Assembly (NCBI RefSeq): GCF_000195975.1 | Contig: NC_005070.1 | Coordinates: forward strand, 1,800,001-1,832,000 | Origin: Parasynechococcus marenigrum WH 8102 | GTDB lineage: Bacteria; Cyanobacteriota; Cyanobacteriia; PCC-6307; Cyanobiaceae | DNA: 32,000 bases | Direction of reading: 5' to 3' | In this document: one piece after another, positions 8,511 through 15,936 of the stretch | Layout of the letters: each line of letters begins with the position of its first letter | How positions within the stretch are numbered: the stretch's first letter is position 1 | The notes under the pieces: generated by a model | What the model was told of the DNA's origin: nothing | Seen by the model: only the letters and a program-made list of their open reading frames with translations | Databases searched by the model: none | Made by a program: the position numbers and the translations under genes

Positions 8511-10676
8511 GTGCAAGGACAAACCCAGTCGATCTCCTTTGATGGACGCGAGATTCGACTGACCACCGGACGTTTTGCCCCCCAGGCGGGCGGATCCGTT
8601 CTTGTTGAATGCGGAGACACCGCCGTGCTGGTGACCGCCACCCGCTCCGGCGGACGGGAGGGCATCGATTTTCTGCCTCTGATCTGCGATTACGAGGAGA
8701 GGCTCTACGCCGCTGGTCGGATCCCCGGCAGCTACCAGCGGCGTGAGGGTCGTCCCCCCGAGCGGGCCACCCTCACCGCCCGTCTGATCGACCGGCCGAT
8801 GCGGCCCCTGTTCCCAGCTTGGCTGCGGGACGACCTTCAGGTGGTCGCCACCTGTCTGTCCCTGGACGAACGTGTCCCGGCGGATGTGCTTGCCGTGACC
8901 GGTGCCTCCATCGCCACGCTGCTGGCGGGCATTCCCTTCAATGGTCCGATGGCGGCCGTGCGGGTGGGCCTGCTCGGCGATGACTTCGTGCTCAACCCGA
9001 GTTATCGCGAAATTGAACGCGGTGATCTCGATCTGATCGTCGCCGGCACCCCGGATGGTGTGGTGATGGTGGAGGCTGGTGGCAACCAGCTACCCGAACA
9101 GGATGTGATCGAAGCGATCGACTTCGGTTACGAAGCGATCTGCGAATTGATCAAAGCCCAGGAGCAACTGCTGAAGGATCTGGGCATCGAACAGGTGAAG
9201 CCGGAGACCCCCACGCAGGACACCACAGTGCCGGCTTACCTGGAGAAGCAGTGCACCAAGGCGATCAGCGAGGTGCTCAAGAAATTCGACCAGACCAAGG
9301 ATGAGCGCGACAAGGCCCTTGATGCCATCAAGGCGGAAGCCGCTGAAGCCATCGCCGGCCTGAAGGAGGACGATGCCATCCGTGTGGCCACCGCCTCCAA
9401 TTCGAAGCTGCTCGGTAACAGCTTCAAGGCGCTGACCAAAACCCTGATGCGCCAGCAGATCCTCAAAGACGGCAAGCGAGTAGACGGTCGCGCCCTGGAT
9501 GAGGTGCGGGCCATCAGTGCCTTGGCTGGGGTCCTCCCTCGACGGGTCCATGGTTCCGGCCTATTCCAGCGTGGTCTCACCCAGGTGCTCTCCACCGCCA
9601 CCCTGGGCACACCCAGCGATGCCCAGGAGATGGATGACCTCCATCCCAGCACCGAGAAGCTGTACCTGCACCACTACAACTTCCCGCCTTATTCCGTCGG
9701 CGAAACCCGACCGATGCGCTCCCCAGGACGCCGCGAAATTGGTCATGGCGCCTTGGCCGAACGGGCCATCCTGCCGGTGCTTCCCGCCAAGGACACCTTC
9801 CCTTACGTGGTGCGGGTGGTGAGTGAAGTACTCAGTTCCAACGGCTCTACCTCGATGGGCTCCGTCTGCGGCAGCACCCTGTCGCTGATGGATGCCGGAG
9901 TCCCCCTCAAGGCACCAGTGAGCGGTGCGGCCATGGGCTTGATCAAGGAGGGCGATGACATCCGCATCCTCACGGACATCCAGGGAATCGAAGATTTCCT
10001 CGGCGACATGGATTTCAAAGTCGCAGGCAGCGAGAAGGGCATCACGGCCCTGCAGATGGACATGAAGATCACCGGTCTGCCGGTGAAGACGATCGCCGAG
10101 GCGATCAACCAGGCCCGTCCAGCCCGTCTGCACATCCTTGAAAAGATGCTGGAGGCGATCGACACACCACGCGAAGGCCTGTCCCCCCATGCCCCGCGCC
10201 TGCTGAGCTTCCGGATCGATCCCGAGCTGATTGGCACGGTGATCGGTCCCGGTGGCCGCACGATCAAAGGCATCACCGAGCGCACCAACACCAAGATCGA
10301 CATCGAGGACAGCGGAATCGTCACCATCGCCTCCCATGACGGTGCGGCGGCTGATGAAGCTCAGAAGATCATCGAAGGCCTCACCCGCAAGGTGAATGAA
10401 GGCGAGGTGTTCTCAGGATCGATCACCCGGATCATCCCCATCGGTGCCTTCGTCGAGATCCTGCCTGGCAAGGAAGGCATGATCCACATTTCTCAACTCT
10501 CCGAAGCCAGGGTGGAGAAGGTGGAGGACGTCGTGAAGGTGGGTGACGAGGTCACCGTGCGTGTTCGGGAAATCGACAACCGCGGCCGGATCAACCTCAC
10601 CCTGCGGGGCGTGCCCCAGAGCGGCGACGGTGCCGGGGAGGAGCCTCAGCCCACCCCTGTGGCACCGCTGAGCTGA
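8511..10676 (+). CDS. pnp: Polynucleotide phosphorylase
   Basis: 721 aa with two RNase PH domains, a KH domain ([11 protein letters not shown]) and a C-terminal S1 domain ([19 protein letters not shown]). GTG start. Confidence 0.95.
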   Translation: MQGQTQSISFDGREIRLTTGRFAPQAGGSVLVECGDTAVLVTATRSGGREGIDFLPLICDYEERLYAAGRIPGSYQRREGRPPERATLTARLIDRPMRPLFPAWLRDDLQVVATCLSLDERVPADVLAVTGASIATLLAGIPFNGPMAAVRVGLLGDDFVLNPSYREIERGDLDLIVAGTPDGVVMVEAGGNQLPEQDVIEAIDFGYEAICELIKAQEQLLKDLGIEQVKPETPTQDTTVPAYLEKQCTKAISEVLKKFDQTKDERDKALDAIKAEAAEAIAGLKEDDAIRVATASNSKLLGNSFKALTKTLMRQQILKDGKRVDGRALDEVRAISALAGVLPRRVHGSGLFQRGLTQVLSTATLGTPSDAQEMDDLHPSTEKLYLHHYNFPPYSVGETRPMRSPGRREIGHGALAERAILPVLPAKDTFPYVVRVVSEVLSSNGSTSMGSVCGSTLSLMDAGVPLKAPVSGAAMGLIKEGDDIRILTDIQGIEDFLGDMDFKVAGSEKGITALQMDMKITGLPVKTIAEAINQARPARLHILEKMLEAIDTPREGLSPHAPRLLSFRIDPELIGTVIGPGGRTIKGITERTNTKIDIEDSGIVTIASHDGAAADEAQKIIEGLTRKVNEGEVFSGSITRIIPIGAFVEILPGKEGMIHISQLSEARVEKVEDVVKVGDEVTVRVREIDNRGRINLTLRGVPQSGDGAGEEPQPTPVAPLS

Positions 10677-11594
10677 TCAAACCTGAAAGCCGGGATCGAT
10701 CTCGGCCATCGCCCGCGTCGCACGCTCTCCGAGCTCGGCGTGGGCTTTTCCATGGCTGGCGATCAGGCAACCGGCCTGACGCACATCGCCAGTGTTGTAA
10801 GCGAGGTCCGTCTGATCAGCATGCGTGAAGCGTCCACCGGCCGCCAGCAACACGGCCTCAGGGGCCGCCATGTCCCAATCCTTGGGGGCACTGCGTCCGG
10901 ACAGGGAGACGTAGAGATCAGTTTCGCCCCGCAGGATGGTGGCGACCTTGTAGCCAACGCTGCCCACCGCCTTGGAACCTCCAAGCGCGAGAGCGTCAAT
11001 CAGCTTCACCAGACGGTCGTCGCGGTGGCTGCGACTGGCCACCAGGATCAGATCCGAAACAGCGGTTCTATCGCTGAAGCGAACGGGCGAGCGCTCACCC
11101 TGACGGTCCTCGCACCAGGCGCCCTCGCCGACGATGCCGATCCAGAGTTCGTCGGCTTCCGGCAGCAGCACCACCCCTAGCACGGGACGTTGCCCCCGCA
11201 CCAGTGCCAGATGAACGGCGTATTCGCCAGTGCCCTGGAGGAAATCCTTGGTGCCGTCCAAGGGATCCAGGATCCAGAGCCACTCCGCCTGCAGCGGTTG
11301 GCCTTCCGTGAGCTGCTCCTTGGCCGTTTCTTCACTGAGCAGGGTCCAGTCAGCCTTGGGAAACGCAGCTGACAAGCCATCCAGCAGCCATTGGTTCACG
11401 GCCAGATCAGCAGCAGAAACAGGGCCTTCACCGCCATCGTCGACGCTGAGAGCCTTGGGGAAGCCATGGGGCGGTTGCTCGCCGCGGGCATAGGCCCTGA
11501 GGATGTCGGCAGCCCCCCAGCTGAGGCGACGGAGTTCTGACAACAGAACGTCCTGGTTGACGCCGGCAGGCAGGACGGCAGGGCTTGGCATCAT
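10677..11594 (-). CDS. Inositol monophosphatase family / 3'(2'),5'-bisphosphate nucleotidase CysQ-like
   Basis: 'WILDPLDGTKDF' (WxxDPxDGT) and 'WDMAAPEAVLLAAGG' motifs. Start set at the ATG-ATG pair 11594/11591. The track extension to 11696 would overlap rsmI and has no protein-like sequence. Confidence 0.8.
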   Translation of the reverse strand: MMPSPAVLPAGVNQDVLLSELRRLSWGAADILRAYARGEQPPHGFPKALSVDDGGEGPVSAADLAVNQWLLDGLSAAFPKADWTLLSEETAKEQLTEGQPLQAEWLWILDPLDGTKDFLQGTGEYAVHLALVRGQRPVLGVVLLPEADELWIGIVGEGAWCEDRQGERSPVRFSDRTAVSDLILVASRSHRDDRLVKLIDALALGGSKAVGSVGYKVATILRGETDLYVSLSGRSAPKDWDMAAPEAVLLAAGGRFTHADQTDLAYNTGDVRQAGCLIASHGKAHAELGERATRAMAEIDPGFQV

Positions 11595-11620
11595 GATCAG
11601 GACAGGCGCTGGCCATTGTG

Positions 11621-12478
11621 ATGCAGCGGGACGAGCCAGCCTCCGGATGCCTGTATATCGTGGGCACACCCATCGGTCACCTTGGTGATCTCTCACCGCG
11701 AGCCAAGGCGGTCTTAGCTGGGGTGACCGTCATCGCCTGTGAAGACACGCGCCACAGCGGCCAGCTGCTCAGCAGCCTGCAGGCCAGCGGCCGAAAGCTG
11801 TCCTTTCATCAGCACAACACCCGCACCCGAGTGCCGCAGCTGCTGCAGGCGCTGAGCGAGGGCGAAAGCGTGGCGGTGATCAGCGACGCCGGACTTCCCG
11901 GCATCAGCGACCCCGGCGAAGAACTGGCAGCGGAAGCGCGTAGCGCAGGGTTTGAGGTGATCTGCATCCCTGGCCCCTGCGCCGCTACGACGGCTCTGGT
12001 CAGCAGTGGACTGCCCAGTGGCCGCTTCTGCTTCGAGGGATTCCTGCCGGTTAAAGGAAAAGAACGTCGACAGCGCTTGGAGCAGATCTCCACCGAGCCG
12101 AGAACCACCGTGTTCTACGAAGCACCGCACCGATTGCTGCCGCTCCTCCAAAGCTTGGCCGAGCACTGTGGTGCCGAGCGCCCTCTGCAGGTGGCGCGGG
12201 AACTGACCAAGCGACACGAACAGCAGGTTGGACCAACCATTGCGGCCGCCCTGGAGCACTTTCAGACGCAACGCCCCCAGGGGGAATTCACCCTTGTGCT
12301 GGGGGGGTGCCCAGCACAAACACCATCAGAACATGATGACAGTGAACTGCTGGCGCGATTGCAGGAATGCATCGCTAACGGTGCTAGCGCCAGTGATGCA
12401 GCTCGGCAGCTCGCCCTGGAGAGCGGCATCAGCCGCCGACGCTTGTATGCATTGCTTCACCAGGAGCCATCAGACTGA
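11621..12478 (+). CDS. rsmI: 16S rRNA (cytidine1402-2'-O)-methyltransferase
   Basis: 'LYIVGTPIGHLGDLSPRA', 'IACEDTRHSGQLL' and 'SDAGLPGISDPG' are tetrapyrrole-methylase-fold RsmI signatures. An in-frame GTG at 11618 is an alternative start. Confidence 0.9.
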   Translation: MQRDEPASGCLYIVGTPIGHLGDLSPRAKAVLAGVTVIACEDTRHSGQLLSSLQASGRKLSFHQHNTRTRVPQLLQALSEGESVAVISDAGLPGISDPGEELAAEARSAGFEVICIPGPCAATTALVSSGLPSGRFCFEGFLPVKGKERRQRLEQISTEPRTTVFYEAPHRLLPLLQSLAEHCGAERPLQVARELTKRHEQQVGPTIAAALEHFQTQRPQGEFTLVLGGCPAQTPSEHDDSELLARLQECIANGASASDAARQLALESGISRRRLYALLHQEPSD

Positions 12479-12498
12479 GGCCATATCGCAGATCCTTG

Positions 12499-12729
12499 AT
12501 GTTGTTACGTCTCCGACTGATGCTGATCAGCCTGGGGATTGGAACAGTGCTGTTCATGCTTCTGTGCCTGGGGGCTCAGAACCTCAAAGACCGCCACAGT
12601 ATCCAGGTTGGATCCTCCCGATCGGTACCGCTGCCAACGGGCTTCCTGGTGGGACTCTCGCTGGTGATCGGTGTGGTCAGCGGCGGAAGTGCAGCTGCCG
12701 TGATGTTGCCGGAGCAACACTGGGACTGA
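12499..12729 (+). CDS. Small two-TM membrane protein (LapA/DUF1049-like, tentative)
   Basis: 76 aa. TM1 is LISLGIGTVLFMLLCLGA and TM2 is FLVGLSLVIGVVSGGSAAAV. Good GC3. Confidence 0.6.
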   Translation: MLLRLRLMLISLGIGTVLFMLLCLGAQNLKDRHSIQVGSSRSVPLPTGFLVGLSLVIGVVSGGSAAAVMLPEQHWD

Positions 12730-12733
12730 TCCA

Positions 12734-13504
12734 TCAGCCCTGCGCCGCTGCATCCAGCGCGATCAGGCTCCCATCCATGACGAGACGGGTAATCCCGCGA
12801 GCCAACAGGTAGGGACTCGTGCGTTCAAAGACTGCCGTGTCAGGAACTTTGATCACCCGCTGACTGCGACCGCACTGGCGTTTGGCAGCTCGAGGATTGC
12901 CATAAAGAAACAGGCCCTGCCGATCAAGCTCGGACTCCTCGAGATGAGCAAGTTCTGGGAAATCTCGCAGCGGGCGGGCATCGAGCTCCACCACCTTGTC
13001 CACAAGCATGTAAACGCTGTTCGGCAGAGAGCCTGCCTGCAGCGGCTGCACCTCCACTGGAAGCAGATCACTGAGATTAGCCACCCCCACCAAAGGCACA
13101 AGTTCTGTGAAGGTCTGGCTCGCTTCGGAGTTGTCGTCAGCGGCAACCCCTTCCTCCTCATGGGCTGGATCCGTGTCCTCACCGAAGTCGTCGGCATCGT
13201 CCAACGCCAGGGTTGCAACCGTTTCAGCGTTGTCTTCATCCTGCTCGGCGGCACTCGCTTGCACCGCATCAGCTGTTGCCACTGCCACAGGAGCAGCCTC
13301 CGCGACTGGCGTCACTGTTCCGGTCTTCAGGCGACTGGCCTTGAGAGCGGCGTAGGCCTCTGGGGGCAGCAGCGCCTTCACCGTGCGAGTCACGGTGTTT
13401 GGGCTGCAACCGAAGACCTCCGCCAGGGCAACAGTGGACTCTCCAGCCTTGTAGCGACCCACCAGGTCCTGCTTCTCGCTTTCGCTAAGACGACGTGGGG
13501 CCAT
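12734..13504 (-). CDS. Helix-turn-helix domain protein with acidic linker
   Basis: The N-terminus 'LSESEKQDLVGRYKAGESTVALAEVFGCSPNTVTRTVK' is a clear resolvase/sigma-region-4-like HTH. It is followed by an Ala/Asp/Glu-rich linker and a C-terminal globular part. ATG at 13504, with an in-frame TTG at 13507. Confidence 0.75.
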   Translation of the reverse strand: MAPRRLSESEKQDLVGRYKAGESTVALAEVFGCSPNTVTRTVKALLPPEAYAALKASRLKTGTVTPVAEAAPVAVATADAVQASAAEQDEDNAETVATLALDDADDFGEDTDPAHEEEGVAADDNSEASQTFTELVPLVGVANLSDLLPVEVQPLQAGSLPNSVYMLVDKVVELDARPLRDFPELAHLEESELDRQGLFLYGNPRAAKRQCGRSQRVIKVPDTAVFERTSPYLLARGITRLVMDGSLIALDAAAQG

Positions 13505-13566
13505 CAATGTCGTTTAGGAGCTCCAAACTCTAGGAGCTTTAGGTGGCTGGCAGAATGAAATCGGCA

Positions 13567-13640
13567 GCTCCCTTAGCTCAGCTGGATAGAGCAACTGCCT
13601 TCTAAGCAGTCGGTCGATGGTTCGAATCCATCAGGGGGCG
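13567..13640 (+). tRNA. tRNA-Arg (anticodon UCU)
   Basis: The cloverleaf folded by hand. The acceptor stem is GCTCCCT/AGGGGGC with one G-U pair. The D arm is GCTC-AGCTGGATA-GAGC. The anticodon arm is ACTGC-CTTCTAA-GCAGT, giving anticodon TCT. The T arm is GATGG-TTCGAAT-CCATC. CCA is not encoded. Confidence 0.9.
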
Positions 13641-13752
13641 TTGACAGCTAAATCCCTTTGGCATGGCAGCAAGATGGCCATGGGAGGTCTGGGAAGGCAA
13701 AAAGGCTTTTTTCGAGACCTGTTGGGACGCTGGTGATACCGACCATGCGAAC

Positions 13753-13932
13753 TCAAGCTTGTTGACTGCTGGCAAATTCGAGGTCAGCCCAGGTCAGTCC
13801 AACCCATTCCAGTCCTTCCTGGATGTCGTTCTGAAGTGCAGCAGCCTCTTCCACAGCATCCATCTCGATGAGATCCAGATATTTCTGGTACTCAGCCATC
13901 CAGGCGATGAGATTCGGAGTGCTGTTCGTCAT
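13753..13932 (-). CDS. Hypothetical acidic 59-aa protein
   Basis: One residue under the track cutoff: MTNSTPNLIAWMAEYQKYLDLIEMDAVEEAAALQNDIQEGLEWVGLTWADLEFASSQQA. The sequence is protein-like and helix-prone, with GC3 about 58% by hand count. No family recognised. Confidence 0.35.
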   Translation of the reverse strand: MTNSTPNLIAWMAEYQKYLDLIEMDAVEEAAALQNDIQEGLEWVGLTWADLEFASSQQA

Positions 13933-14113
13933 TCGTCGATTCTTAAGCCTCGACCGTCCGAGAGGCTGGCATCTTGGATACAGCTTCCGTTGAAGCCCAA
14001 GCTTCCTCGCGGTTGCAGGACAGAGGGATGGCGACCCCCGCGAAGGTGCAGAAGACTTGCCTCAACGTTCAGAACATTCCAACCAAGTACTTTGTCTTGG
14101 TCGAAAGGAGCTC

Positions 14114-14314
14114 TTGGCAAAACGGGTCGCACTGATGCTCACGACAGCAGCGTTGTGGTTTGTCCAATCAGTCCATGCCTCTGAATGCGTCACCGTGACG
14201 AGCAACAACGATCCAAGTCGTGATGGCATGGTCTGCAAGCGTATAGCCAGAAGTAGCACCAACGGAATTGGCTTTTGGAAGTGCTGCCCCAGTGAGAACA
14301 CGACAAACGACTAA
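14114..14314 (+). CDS. Putative secreted 4-Cys peptide precursor (66 aa)
   Basis: A TTG start at 14114 lies 3 nt after AAGGAG (14105-14110) and gives a textbook Sec signal, MAKRVALMLTTAALWFVQSVHA|SE. The mature 44-aa peptide is SECVTVTSNNDPSRDGMVCKRIARSSTNGIGFWKCCPSENTTND. In-frame ATGs at 14057 and 14135 are alternatives. Confidence 0.4.
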   Translation: MAKRVALMLTTAALWFVQSVHASECVTVTSNNDPSRDGMVCKRIARSSTNGIGFWKCCPSENTTND

Positions 14315-14415
14315 CCAGCCCGCCTTGAACATGGGCATAGTCTCCTGCTGGCACTCATCTCAAGCCACCCACCAAGCAATAAAACAAGCACCAATAGGCT
14401 ATAATGAAGATGTAA

Positions 14416-14673
14416 ATGCCAGCGAGACATCAAGGTCAACTTTTGCAATTCACAGAGAAAGATTCAAAGAAACAACAGCATCTAAAGCAAGCGGATGCAT
14501 ATTTCAGGCAAGCTCAAGCCTTGATCGAGTCCAGCCAGGATTGGCAGGCATGCGGCTCCCTCATCCTCAAGGGATTATCAGAGGAACGTAAGGCCTCGAA
14601 TTCGGGTGTTCAGGTGCTGAACGTCATTCGTCAGCGCCCCAAGACACGTGTTGAATTCAGTTTTCGAAGCTGA
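14416..14673 (+). CDS. Hypothetical 85-aa protein
   Basis: MPARHQGQLLQFTEKDSKKQQHLKQADAYFRQAQALIESSQDWQACGSLILKGLSEERK... is protein-like and sits in an AT-rich trough. A perfect TATAAT lies at 14400-14405. An AT-rich hairpin overlaps the stop codon. No family recognised. Confidence 0.45.
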   Translation: MPARHQGQLLQFTEKDSKKQQHLKQADAYFRQAQALIESSQDWQACGSLILKGLSEERKASNSGVQVLNVIRQRPKTRVEFSFRS

Positions 14674-14681
14674 ATTTGTTC

Positions 14682-15158
14682 TTAACAATTCATGTGAGAG
14701 TATCGCCTAGTTAGAACATAACTTAAAATGCTCTTCACGACCTCTCCAAAGGGTTGCTTGGAGCAGCCACGCTTTACTTCATCCGCTTGCTCGTGATCAG
14801 ATTGCCGGGCCTGAGCGACAGCGAATCTCGCTTTGCAACAAACTCTTTCGGTGTCAAGGTTGCTTTGTTCTGGCTCTTCGAATTGCTGATCTGCAATCTC
14901 GATCGGGAACGCGCCTTTTGTGCCGTGGTGGGGAAAGGTTTCGTTCCCTGCCTGCTGAGCTTTGCTTTGATGGACCTGCTCGTCATTCCACGGGTCAGGC
15001 GCAGACTGCGCAGGTGACCAGGACACGTCCTCATGTCGATCGAAACCCTCGAGCAAGTCGTGGCTGTGCTGGTCACGGCGGGGCTCGTCGCCGGAAATTT
15101 CCTGATGTTCACCCCATGGCGCGATGGCCACGATCCGCGTGAGCGCTGGCCCACCCAC
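14682..15158 (-). CDS. Possible third gene of the minus-strand small-gene operon (strand uncertain)
   Basis: Hydrophilic acidic sequence ...DEPRRDQHSHDLLEGFDRHEDVSWSPAQSAPDPWNDEQVHQSKAQQ...GAFPIEIADQQFEEPEQ.... Only GTG starts are available (15158 or 15131), 12-39 nt after the upstream stop. Plus-strand ORFs on the same codon boundaries (14754-15017 and 15033-15251) have higher GC3. See findings. Confidence 0.25.
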   Translation of the reverse strand: MGGPALTRIVAIAPWGEHQEISGDEPRRDQHSHDLLEGFDRHEDVSWSPAQSAPDPWNDEQVHQSKAQQAGNETFPHHGTKGAFPIEIADQQFEEPEQSNLDTERVCCKARFAVAQARQSDHEQADEVKRGCSKQPFGEVVKSILSYVLTRRYSHMNC

Positions 15159-15169
15159 AACACCAACGA

Positions 15170-15463
15170 TCAGCTGTCGGCGAAGTGTGATTCTGCCAAC
15201 CGCTGCAACAGCTTCAGGGATTCCAGAACCTCCAAGCGTTTCTGCGCTTGAGCCAGCATCGGCTTGCCATGGGGCACACAGGAATCGATCAGGGAGGCGG
15301 CCTCTGAGGCTTCCGCTTTGACCCAGGTAAGGCAGCGGTCGATCTGCTGAGCCACATTGCCCTCCTTGAGGGCACCGGCATAGTTCGGCCAAGCAATGGC
15401 GAGGAGCAACAACCGCAACGCCTGATCGGCGCTCTCCTGATCGGGGCGAAATGCGTCAGTCAT
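15170..15463 (-). CDS. Hypothetical 97-aa protein, distal gene of the overlapping pair
   Basis: MTDAFRPDQESADQALRLLLLAIAWPNYAGALKEGNVAQQIDRCLTWVKAEASEAASLIDSCVPHGKPMLAQAQKRLEVLESLKLLQRLAESHFADS. GC3-rich. Its ATG lies inside the ATGACTGA overlap with the upstream gene. Confidence 0.6.
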   Translation of the reverse strand: MTDAFRPDQESADQALRLLLLAIAWPNYAGALKEGNVAQQIDRCLTWVKAEASEAASLIDSCVPHGKPMLAQAQKRLEVLESLKLLQRLAESHFADS

Positions 15464-15686
15464 CAAACACCGTGATGCCACTGGCCTGTTCCTCGAGATG
15501 GGCAGCTCGATCCAGCACCGCCTTCAGGACCTCTTCAGCAGATGGATCCAGACGGAGTTGCTGCAAGGTGAACGCCACATCCCTGGTGGAGGTCAGCACT
15601 GCTGGGGACACCTGCTCCAGCGGAATGGCCGGCCCTCGGCGGCGCCGTTTCTTCTCATCGGCCTGCGTTCCCGCGTCTTTTGCCAT
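15456..15686 (-). CDS. Hypothetical 76-aa protein with basic N-terminus, proximal gene of the overlapping pair
   Basis: MAKDAGTQADEKKRRRRGPAIPLEQVSPAVLTSTRDVAFTLQQLRLDPSAEEVLKAVLDRAAHLEEQASGITVFDD. GC3 about 67% by hand count. Start taken at internal ATG 15686, because the track extension to 15761 is Cys/His/Gly junk. Confidence 0.6.
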   Translation of the reverse strand: MAKDAGTQADEKKRRRRGPAIPLEQVSPAVLTSTRDVAFTLQQLRLDPSAEEVLKAVLDRAAHLEEQASGITVFDD

Positions 15687-15780
15687 CTCAACGGCGTGGC
15701 TCCGCTCATTCTGACTCCCATCGCCATGTCCTCCAGAGCACAGGCAGTGGCACAGTGACAATCAACACGACAACGAAAGC

Positions 15781-15936
15781 ATGGTCCTGAACAGTCGACC
15801 GGCCGAGAGCCGTGAGTGCAGCAGCTGCGGTAGAACGCTGTCGCTCAATTTCTTCGCGCTGGACACCCGTGAGTGCCGTCGCTGTGAAGCGCGGCGCAGC
15901 AGCCAGCGTCAGACCACGCTTCAGGAGTCGGCCTAG
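15781..15936 (+). CDS. Possible 51-aa zinc-ribbon protein
   Basis: MVLNSRPAESRECSSCGRTLSLNFFALDTRECRRCEARRSSQRQTTLQESA has two CxxC pairs 14 residues apart. GC3 about 75% by hand count. Below the track cutoff. Confidence 0.45.
   Translation: MVLNSRPAESRECSSCGRTLSLNFFALDTRECRRCEARRSSQRQTTLQESA

Noticed and set aside
4297-10337. Large antisense or alternative-frame ORFs inside core genes: 4297-5193(-), 4349-5131(+), 5412-5954(-), 6801-7574(-), 9561-10337(-), 9803-10327(-)
   Set aside because: Each is nested in a gene with strong family motifs (AAA ATPase, serS, rseP, pnp). They have Arg/Ser/Pro/Gly-rich compositions typical of off-frame translation of high-GC coding DNA.
13663-14184. 173-aa plus-strand ORF right after the tRNA
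   Set aside because: Its composition becomes Arg/Pro/Ser/Cys-rich (…PRGCRTEGWRPPRRCRRLASTF…). It runs through an inverted repeat next to the tRNA and covers the better-looking 59-aa minus ORF and the leader of the 4-Cys peptide gene. I could not support it, but it is not excluded rigorously.
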